Positions 57,078-64,000 of a stretch of DNA of 64,000 nt are shown here, piece by piece; the first letter of the stretch is position 1; each line of letters opens with the position of its first letter. The DNA is from a virus. Lineage: Duplodnaviria > Caudoviricetes. The position numbers and the translations under genes were made by a program. The notes beneath the pieces were generated by a model. The model had not been told where the DNA came from. It made no database searches and worked only from the letters and a program-made list of their open reading frames with translations. The stretch is from the IMG/VR virus record IMGVR_UViG_3300010149_000008; one strand, given 5' to 3'.

Positions 57078-57483
57078 AAAAGCAGAACAGATGTATTTAG
57101 GCAATTTGCTTGATCAAAAGTTGTCTTTGCTAAGTGATAGAATTGAAAATCAAGAGCAGAAAATAAAAAATCTAGAATGTAAAATAATTGAGCTTAAAAA
57201 AACAAATAATAAAGAATTATTAAAAGTTAAAAGTGGAATTGATTTAATTCTAGACAGCGTAACTGATCTAGAAGACTATAGAGAAACTTGCTCTTTAGAC
57301 TTGTCTACATTGGCATCAGCAATAACAGAACTTTATAATGTTTTAAATTACATGTTAGGTGGAAAGCTTTTAGTAAAAAAGGAGCCTACAAATGAAGACG
57401 AAGACTTTTTTGAAGAAGATTTACACCTTGAAGAGTACATAGATGAATGTGGTAAAAAGAAAAAGAAAAAGGTATATCATTAA
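57037..57483 (+). CDS. Coiled-coil hypothetical protein (true start may be ATG 57091)
   Basis: Heptad-rich ORF with an acidic then basic C-terminus. Confidence 0.55.
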   Translation: MLSKKILLLKKKIKKAEQMYLGNLLDQKLSLLSDRIENQEQKIKNLECKIIELKKTNNKELLKVKSGIDLILDSVTDLEDYRETCSLDLSTLASAITELYNVLNYMLGGKLLVKKEPTNEDEDFFEEDLHLEEYIDECGKKKKKKVYH

Positions 57484-57531
57484 TCGAAACAATTAATATA
57501 ATTATACCTATATGATATTAGGAAACGTTAT

Positions 57532-57942
57532 ATGAAAATAGATTTAGCAAATATAAAAGATTTAGCAAAAAACCTTTTGTTTGAAAATAATATAAATGAG
57601 CTCAGGCTTCCTCTAGACCATGACATGGATGCGGGTAAAAATAATAGAACTTCTGCTAAGGATCAACCTGGGCCTCAAATAGATGGTGAAGGTAATTATG
57701 AAAAGTCATACGAAGACTTAGAAGATGAGTTACCATTAGTACCATCAGATATTATGCCTGTCTTCTATGATGAAAAACTATCAGTTAATGCATTAGATGA
57801 CGAAGAATATATACCACAAAACACTTCAGAGCTCATGCGAGCATCTAATACGCTTATAGATAGAAATAAAGAAGAATTAAGTAGCAAAGAAATAGAGCTA
57901 GCATGGAAAACTTTAGTTAAAATTATTAAGAAAGCGAACTAG
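57532..57942 (+). CDS. Hypothetical protein with a leader motif
   Basis: LAKNLLFENNINE N-terminus, RBS AGGA. Confidence 0.7.
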   Translation: MKIDLANIKDLAKNLLFENNINELRLPLDHDMDAGKNNRTSAKDQPGPQIDGEGNYEKSYEDLEDELPLVPSDIMPVFYDEKLSVNALDDEEYIPQNTSELMRASNTLIDRNKEELSSKEIELAWKTLVKIIKKAN

Positions 57943-57947
57943 CAAAA

Positions 57948-60900
57948 ATGTCAAATAAAAAACTAACGAAAAGGGTTATGACCCTTATTGAAAACAAAAA
58001 CAAAGACTTTAAAGAAAAATTTTATCTTTTGTCTTATTTAGCGAATACTGATATAAAATCAGATGAAAGATTAATGTCTGAGGCAGATTGTTACATTAAT
58101 ACTCTAGTCAATACAGACGGAGTCAAGCCAGATATCAAACATGTACATAACTTATTAAAAGAGTCTATTAAGATAAAAGAAGGAGCTAAGTACAAAAAAG
58201 AATTTGAATGTGTTAAAGATCTTTGTCGTTTAATTAACATAGAAAAGCTTTCTTCGGAAGAAAGCTTTATTTTTGAAGAATTAAATAGTATTAGTAACTT
58301 AACTGACTTTAAGTTAAACAACAAATTAAAAAATATATTTTTAAAGTCTGTTAATAACAATACGCCTCTTTTAATCAGTGAAGCAATTAAAACAGTAGAT
58401 GCAGACGATTTATTAGACAATTTTTATGGTGATAAAAAAGTTTCAAAGCCCAATACAGGAAGATATGCTGACTTGGACTTAGACGTCTTAGATGACAATG
58501 AAGCTTATAGCGACGAAGCTGTTCAAGATGATGATGAAGCTGTTCAAGATGATGATGACTTTGACAAAAAAGTTAATGCTAGAGAATTAAATCGAAGACA
58601 AAAAGAAGTCTTGTTAAGATATGACTGGCTGCTTAAAAGAAAAAATATTCCTTTTATTGCAAGTAAACTAAACATATATCTTCCTAAGCAAATTAAAAAG
58701 AAAGGTGTTAGTATTCCTCCTCCAGAAAATTTAGAAAATATTCCTGCAATTGACAAGCTTGCAATTGTTGCAAAATACAAGTTGATTGTTGAACAAAGTG
58801 CTACAGTTAAAGCATTAAGAAAATTTGAAATTATAAATCAGATATACTACTATCTTAATATTCAAAAAAGATTTTTAGATAGTGACATGGCACAAATAAT
58901 GTCTGTAGGAGAGAAAGACTTAACAAAAAATAGAAAATCAAGATTTTCTTCTTCACCATCGAGGCTTACTGATGATGAAAAAAGAGAAGTTAAAGCAGAG
59001 CTTGATAAATTAATTTCAAAAATAAACTTAGATAATGCGTCTACTTTAGACTCTGATACTGTATCTGAAAGCGAGCTTATTTCTATACTTAAAAAGTCTG
59101 TAGGAGTACAGAAAGATGCTGCTGTTAGCTTTTTGTCTTATTTAAATAATGCATATCCGCTATCAGGCAATAAACAAAACAGTCAAGAAGTAATGTCAGA
59201 TGAAGAGTATGAAGAATATCTAAGAGGAAACAGAGAATTAGACGCAAAAGAAGCACTAGAAGATGATGAAGAGTTTAGAAATGATTTAGTTGATGCTGAG
59301 TCTGGCGAACCTCTTTATGCAAGTGTAGAAACTGCAGCTAAAATTGCAAGCTCTTATAAGAAAGAAAATGATTTTGAAGAAGTAGAAGTTGAAGCAGCTG
59401 ATGCTATACAACTTATGTCGCAAAAGTCACAAAGCTTAATGAAAATACAGGAGCTTGAAACTAAAGCTAAAGCAAGAAAAAAGCTTGTAAGATCTTCTAA
59501 CGAAGAAAAGCAGAAGTTTATTGCAGAACTTTCAGCTTCAATGACTCGTAGCCAAGTAGAAGCTGAAAAGCAGAAGCCAGGATGGCAAACAAGAATGTAC
59601 TTATCTGAGTTAGATAGAGCTGAATTTGATGATGCAATTGAAAAATATTCAGTTCTTGTTGGGACTAAATTAATTGTTATTCCAGATCGATCAAAAAAAG
59701 AAGTACATGATGAAATATTACATGCAATAGATAAACCTCAAGGCGCAAACAAATTAAATCCTACAACAGGAAAGATTGAATCTTCTACTTGGAACGAATT
59801 TTTTGACAAGTACTTAGACTATGATCCAGAAAATCCAACTAGTAATGCAGACATTGCTAGATTAAGTCAAGGTCAGTGGAGAGATACAGGTGGTGTTAGA
59901 CAAAGTGTAGGGAAATCTTTTGCTAAATCTTTATTTTATACTTCAAACATCAAAGTTAAATCAGAAATATACGCTGAACTTGGTAAGAAGTATATTGATA
60001 TTGCTAGAAAATTAGGTCTAGTTGAATTTGATATATCTTCTGTAGGTGAAGATACTTCGAGCATAGAAACTAAAGGTGACATTGTATCTTTTAAAAGATT
60101 AGAAGAACTAATTACTCGAGAAGATGTTTTTGAAGAGTATTTTACTAGTGGATTATCAAATGAAGAAGATGAAGAAACGCTAGATTATCTTACAACAAAA
60201 ATTTCTTCTTTTAGAATATTTTGTAATGAATATCTAGATTACTTTTATTCTAACTTTATATGGAATAAATGTGAAGTTAAAATTGCCTTAGCAATAAAAA
60301 AATATTTTTCTACAAAGTATCCTGGCTCAAATATTGGTAAAAGCTTAGATGATAATACAAAAACTTGGCGTGGAAGCAAAGTAGATCAAGAGCACGGTAG
60401 GATGTTATTTGATACAATCATTAACTGGACAATGGGAAGATCAGGAATAAAAGATTCAGGCAACGTGATCTCTAATCCTAAAATGGAGCTTGATCAAAGA
60501 AAAAATGCTTTTATAAATGGCCAAGGAAAATTTAAGTCTCTTGCAGAAAAAGTATCTTCATTTAACTCAATGTCTTATGCAAACAAGATACAAAACTTTG
60601 ATCCAGAACATTTAATGTATGATTGTTTAAATGATACTTCTAAAGTATCAGCTCCATATCCTATTATAGGAGCAGCATTTAAAAACTGCAGCGAGTTAAA
60701 TGCTGATGATAGGTCTTTGTTTTTAAATTATATATCTAAGCAAAAGTCTTCTAGCCTCGAGACAACTTTTATTGAGTCACTTATGAAACAAGAATATTAT
60801 GATGCTGCTCTTAATAATCCAAATAGTCCGTTAGGAAATCCAGCTGAAATTCAAGGAATAGAGACAGGCTCTGGCTCTGAATCTCCTGCTGACTCAGGCA

Positions 60901-61247
60901 TGCCTTTAAGCACAAAAGGTGCACCATATTTTAGAAAACATTGGCGTGAAGCAATTAAAAGCAGCTTAAAAGATTTAGCAGCTCGTGCAGATAAAGAAGC
61001 TAAAGAAAGAGAAGTAAAAATTAGTCAGTCTAGAAATTATGATTTCTTAGAAGACGAAGAGCTAATGCTTACAGACTATCAAGTTATTTATGACGGAAAG
61101 TTAGCTGAAATAAGTACTATTGACATTGAAAATCAAAAAGCAAAGGTTATTATTGATGTTCTAGACTCAAAAGGAAATGTTATAGATGTTAAAACAGTAA
61201 CAGCAGATTTTTCTGAATTGCGTCATGCTGATTTAATGAGAAAGTAA
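57948..61247 (+). CDS. Large hypothetical protein (1099 aa) with L-x-E motifs and a possible sigma-region-4-like HTH
   Basis: TLIEN, RLMSEAD and LLISEA motifs. Segment TSNADIARL...TGGVRQSVGKSFAK. Confidence 0.7.
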   Translation: MSNKKLTKRVMTLIENKNKDFKEKFYLLSYLANTDIKSDERLMSEADCYINTLVNTDGVKPDIKHVHNLLKESIKIKEGAKYKKEFECVKDLCRLINIEKLSSEESFIFEELNSISNLTDFKLNNKLKNIFLKSVNNNTPLLISEAIKTVDADDLLDNFYGDKKVSKPNTGRYADLDLDVLDDNEAYSDEAVQDDDEAVQDDDDFDKKVNARELNRRQKEVLLRYDWLLKRKNIPFIASKLNIYLPKQIKKKGVSIPPPENLENIPAIDKLAIVAKYKLIVEQSATVKALRKFEIINQIYYYLNIQKRFLDSDMAQIMSVGEKDLTKNRKSRFSSSPSRLTDDEKREVKAELDKLISKINLDNASTLDSDTVSESELISILKKSVGVQKDAAVSFLSYLNNAYPLSGNKQNSQEVMSDEEYEEYLRGNRELDAKEALEDDEEFRNDLVDAESGEPLYASVETAAKIASSYKKENDFEEVEVEAADAIQLMSQKSQSLMKIQELETKAKARKKLVRSSNEEKQKFIAELSASMTRSQVEAEKQKPGWQTRMYLSELDRAEFDDAIEKYSVLVGTKLIVIPDRSKKEVHDEILHAIDKPQGANKLNPTTGKIESSTWNEFFDKYLDYDPENPTSNADIARLSQGQWRDTGGVRQSVGKSFAKSLFYTSNIKVKSEIYAELGKKYIDIARKLGLVEFDISSVGEDTSSIETKGDIVSFKRLEELITREDVFEEYFTSGLSNEEDEETLDYLTTKISSFRIFCNEYLDYFYSNFIWNKCEVKIALAIKKYFSTKYPGSNIGKSLDDNTKTWRGSKVDQEHGRMLFDTIINWTMGRSGIKDSGNVISNPKMELDQRKNAFINGQGKFKSLAEKVSSFNSMSYANKIQNFDPEHLMYDCLNDTSKVSAPYPIIGAAFKNCSELNADDRSLFLNYISKQKSSSLETTFIESLMKQEYYDAALNNPNSPLGNPAEIQGIETGSGSESPADSGMPLSTKGAPYFRKHWREAIKSSLKDLAARADKEAKEREVKISQSRNYDFLEDEELMLTDYQVIYDGKLAEISTIDIENQKAKVIIDVLDSKGNVIDVKTVTADFSELRHADLMRK
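58515..58556 (+). repeat. 21-bp direct tandem duplication GAAGCTGTTCAAGATGATGAT x2
   Basis: Read directly from the sequence. Encodes EAVQDDD twice. Confidence 0.9.
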
Positions 61248-61249
61248 AA

Positions 61250-61612
61250 ATGATGTTGCAAAACTTAATGGAAAACTACTTAAATAGCAGTACTAAATCA
61301 GTAATGCCAGTTTCAGACATTGAAACCAGTATGCCAGTCATACCTAAAAATCCACAGTGGATTATAGGAAAAAACAAAATCCAGAAAGCTTATAAGTTCG
61401 ACACTAGAAAGCAAAAAGAAGCTTTTGTTTTAGAGCTTGTCAAGTATTGTAGAGAAACTGAAGCTGATGTTGAGTTTAGAATTAGAAAAAACAAAGTAGG
61501 TGTAATATTACATGCTACTTCACCACAAGTTTCTGAAATTGAATTTGAAGCAAAAGTTGAAATTGACAAGATAAGAAAAGACGTAGTATACTACTTTGCA
61601 AAGAAAGATTAA
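61250..61612 (+). CDS. Pterin-4a-carbinolamine dehydratase (PCD/DCoH)-fold-like protein, degenerate
   Basis: W....KIQKAYKF...AFV..L......ADV.....KV.V.L......VSE.E......ID follows the PCD pattern, but the HHP motif is absent. Confidence 0.45.
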   Translation: MMLQNLMENYLNSSTKSVMPVSDIETSMPVIPKNPQWIIGKNKIQKAYKFDTRKQKEAFVLELVKYCRETEADVEFRIRKNKVGVILHATSPQVSEIEFEAKVEIDKIRKDVVYYFAKKD

Positions 61613-61614
61613 AA

Positions 61615-62013
61615 ATGAAAGAAGAGTTAGACGAGATTTTGTCAAATCAGCTTAAAAAAGAAAATGTATTTATTTCAAAAGAGTTAGATCAATTACTTTC
61701 TTCAAACAAACAAAATCAGTTTAATTCTTCATTTTGGTTTAACGCTGTTTTTAATGAATTTGAAGTTTCATTTGAATATATTAGCTATAAAAAAAGCAAA
61801 AACAGAGAAACAATAAAAGGTCTTTGCAGCTGTGAAGGTGTTTATAAAATCTTAGACAATAAAAATACAAAAAATATATTTCTTATGTTTAAGGATAAAG
61901 TCATAAAAAAAATAAGTGCAGAAAACATTAGTGACATGTCAGTTAAATATAAAAGTGAAAATAGTTATATTATTAAGTATAAAATAAAAAAAGGAGATAA
62001 AAATGGAATTTAA
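61615..62013 (+). CDS. Hypothetical protein
   Basis: 132-aa ORF tightly packed. Confidence 0.55.
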   Translation: MKEELDEILSNQLKKENVFISKELDQLLSSNKQNQFNSSFWFNAVFNEFEVSFEYISYKKSKNRETIKGLCSCEGVYKILDNKNTKNIFLMFKDKVIKKISAENISDMSVKYKSENSYIIKYKIKKGDKNGI

Positions 62014-62170
62014 GTTTGATAAATTTGTCGATGATCTAGAGAGAAGAGAGTTAAACAACAAAAAGTCTAGAGAAATAAACAGAGAAATTGCAAATCTAGA
62101 TGAGTTAAGAAGAAAAAGGTCTGAGCTTTATCATGAAAAATGGCAAAATAGAATAAAGTGGGAGAAATAA
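62003..62170 (+). CDS. Small protein missed by the ORF track (55 aa, MEFKFDKFVDDLERRE...KWEK)
   Basis: Strong RBS AAGGAG before ATG 62003. The open frame fills the gap exactly up to the next gene. Confidence 0.7.
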   Translation: MEFKFDKFVDDLERRELNNKKSREINREIANLDELRRKRSELYHEKWQNRIKWEK

Positions 62171-62171
62171 C

Positions 62172-62870
62172 ATGAAGTCTAACAAAGAAAAAGCTAGTAG
62201 TTTTGATTTGTTTTCACTTTTAGAAAGTACAATATATGAAGATACTGAAGTTTCTTGGGAGAAAGAAAGAAGCAATGCTGAAAAGTTTGTAAAAAAAGCT
62301 TCTATCGATGGTTTCGAAGCATCAAAGCCTAAAAAAAAGAAAAAGAAGAAAAGCTTAAACCAAAACAATAAAAAAGAAGAATTCGATATTATTGATGACG
62401 AAGAAGAAGAAAATGACGAAGATCAAAGTAATGAAAAAGAAGAGCCTACAACAATAAACCTTTCTGATGCAGTTAGTTACGAAAAGTTAGTAGATGAACT
62501 TAACATGTTTAGAGCAGCTCATTCTTTTTCTGACAAGGAAATTGCTATAGAACTTAAAGATTACTTTAATAGCCTAACAAAAGAAGAAAAACAAGTTTTA
62601 CATGTATTAATTAAAGGGTTAATACATGTTACATTGATGGATGTAAAAGGAAAATCTGCAAAAACACCTTCAGACTTTAGTTTTAACATAACGAAGTCTG
62701 GTGCAACTAGTAAAGAAAAGAAAAAGTCTTTAGACAATAAAATTTCTTCAGAAAAGCAAGGTAAAAAAGTAGACAATAATACTCCTATTACAATTAAAAA
62801 CCCAATTAAAATTGGTGAAAGTGCTCAAAACAAAAATGATGTTTTAAAAGTTTTATATAGCAACAAATGA
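62172..62870 (+). CDS. Hypothetical protein
   Basis: 232 aa, FSLLES motif, poly-Lys and acidic tracts, RBS GGAG. Confidence 0.7.
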   Translation: MKSNKEKASSFDLFSLLESTIYEDTEVSWEKERSNAEKFVKKASIDGFEASKPKKKKKKKSLNQNNKKEEFDIIDDEEEENDEDQSNEKEEPTTINLSDAVSYEKLVDELNMFRAAHSFSDKEIAIELKDYFNSLTKEEKQVLHVLIKGLIHVTLMDVKGKSAKTPSDFSFNITKSGATSKEKKKSLDNKISSEKQGKKVDNNTPITIKNPIKIGESAQNKNDVLKVLYSNK

Positions 62871-63688
62871 ATTCGTACTATAGCTACTCTTTTGATTTAA
62901 AAAGCATAAACTCTATTAATGAATACTTGTTTATATTAAAAAACTGCTTAAGACTAGCTTCTAAAAACAAGCTTTACAACAATACTTTCAATAAAAGAAT
63001 ACATATAAGCTACTGCAATGTCACAAATAAATATTATTATAAAGTTAATAATAGCAATATAAAAACAGATATTTCTTGTGATTTAAGTATTGTCTATAGC
63101 TTTAATTTAAAAAAGCAATTAGACGTTTTAAAGTTGAACAAATACTCAAATAGAACTATAGAATTTGAAATAGACAAAGACAACAAACTATACCCAATAA
63201 CGCTGTATAATAGTAATACTAAAAAAATAATATTAGCATACTCAGACTTATTTTCTTATTTTGTTAATGTAAATAATAGTATAAGAAAATTGAATTTACA
63301 AATAAATATTGAAAATTACCAAAAATTATATTACAAATTTATAGAGTATATAGAAAATATAAAAATTCTAAAAGACATCAACTCAATTAAATATACTAAC
63401 TTGACAAAAAAAAGTTCTGATGTGAGAATGGATTATCTAGATTTTGATAAAGCATACAAGATGAAACTGTTTCCTTTAAAAAAGCACAGATTTTATTACA
63501 CTGTTTTTTTAATATCTATTGAATTTAATAATTTTTTAAGAGACAATCTTGATATTCCTGTTAGCAACTTTTGTATATTTGACAACAGTATAGGGAAAAT
63601 TATTAAGTTTCCTTGCTCTTTTTATAACAATGTTTATAAAGAAAATACAAAAAAACATTTGCCACCTTTGCTACCTGTGAGATTTTAA
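62867..63688 (+). CDS. Hypothetical Asn/Tyr/Lys-rich protein
   Basis: 273-aa ORF, coupled to both neighbours, in very AT-rich sequence. Confidence 0.55.
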   Translation: MNSYYSYSFDLKSINSINEYLFILKNCLRLASKNKLYNNTFNKRIHISYCNVTNKYYYKVNNSNIKTDISCDLSIVYSFNLKKQLDVLKLNKYSNRTIEFEIDKDNKLYPITLYNSNTKKIILAYSDLFSYFVNVNNSIRKLNLQINIENYQKLYYKFIEYIENIKILKDINSIKYTNLTKKSSDVRMDYLDFDKAYKMKLFPLKKHRFYYTVFLISIEFNNFLRDNLDIPVSNFCIFDNSIGKIIKFPCSFYNNVYKENTKKHLPPLLPVRF

Positions 63689-63939
63689 TGACAAAAGAAG
63701 AATTTTTTAAAGTAAAAGAGCTTCTCGATGAAATCGGAGAGTATTATAAAGACAATGACTGGTTAATAGTTAAGAAATATATTTTAAGATATTTAAATCC
63801 GACAATAAGAAAATATTTTTCTACTAGAGACTTAAAGTCTAAAAAGCATAAAATTAATAGCTTTGATCAAAAAGCTATAGACTATTATTACCAAAAATTC
63901 AATGTAAAGTTGGTGTTAGATGATTCAAAAAAATTATAA
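63688..63939 (+). CDS. Hypothetical protein
   Basis: 83-aa coupled ORF. Confidence 0.55.
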   Translation: MTKEEFFKVKELLDEIGEYYKDNDWLIVKKYILRYLNPTIRKYFSTRDLKSKKHKINSFDQKAIDYYYQKFNVKLVLDDSKKL

Positions 63940-64000
63940 ACTTCAAATTTCAGATAATAAAACAATTATTAAAGAAGTCCAAGGTGGAAGTCCCTATGCG
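63920..64000 (+). CDS. Probable 5' fragment of the next gene (MIQKNYKLQISDNKTIIKEVQGGSPYA...)
   Basis: ATG 63920 with a frame open to the window end. Contains an IIKE motif. Confidence 0.4.
   Translation, partial: MIQKNYKLQISDNKTIIKEVQGGSPYA

Noticed and set aside
123-62776. Numerous short minus-strand and alternate-frame ORFs in the ORF track (for example 123..602, 4289..4681, 15731..16132, 51457..52002)
   Set aside because: They are shadows of well-supported plus-strand genes, with no RBS or motifs. 51457..52002 merely mirrors the 12-bp repeat.
1-64000. tRNA, rRNA or CRISPR array
   Set aside because: GTTCGA-like strings (for example about 10195 and 22333) lie inside CDSs without cloverleaf context. 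There are no regularly spaced repeats with unique spacers, and intergenic gaps are too short.
1-64000. Alternative genetic code (stop-codon reassignment)
   Set aside because: Conserved enzymes are full length in code 11, and TAA, TAG and TGA all end genes that are immediately followed by the next start.
1-64000. Eukaryotic giant virus or bacterial chromosome origin; specific host assignment
   Set aside because: Baseplate/TMP genes, gp32-like SSB, an amidase and SD sites indicate a bacteriophage. The sequence alone does not identify the host beyond a likely SD-using, possibly piliated bacterium.

Overview
A gene-dense, AT-rich (roughly 30% GC by eye, not computed) segment of a large tailed dsDNA phage, most likely a jumbo myovirus, read in the standard bacterial code with Shine-Dalgarno sites. 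1-15.4 kb is a tail module: two paralogous tape-measure-like proteins, a tube-initiator-like baseplate protein, a LysM/gpX-like wedge protein and a large hub. 15.5-46.4 kb holds replication and nucleotide metabolism: a minimal PolA-family domain, a degenerate HD protein, gp32-like SSB, RecA, 5'-3' exonuclease, DnaB, dUTPase, NrdAB, thioredoxin, ClpP, an amidase endolysin, ThyX, DnaE, thymidine kinase and dCMP deaminase. Many of these genes follow a shared TGTAAA-N16-TATAAT promoter. 46.5-64 kb encodes acidic proteins with recurring L/I-x-E motifs, probably head-internal proteins, including a 2744-aa protein and an Fe/Mn SOD. The best candidate for an undescribed system is a pyrimidine, probably cytosine, DNA-modification pathway. 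Its parts are a dNMP kinase fused to a minimal thymidylate-synthase-fold domain with the dCMP-type Asp, a second ThyX-like flavoenzyme with a rewired active site, two all-alpha NTP pyrophosphatase domains (one fused to a HAD nucleotidase), a nucleotide N-glycosidase and an NDP-sugar epimerase. No tRNA, rRNA or CRISPR array was seen. All family assignments come from motif recognition by eye; no database search was run.
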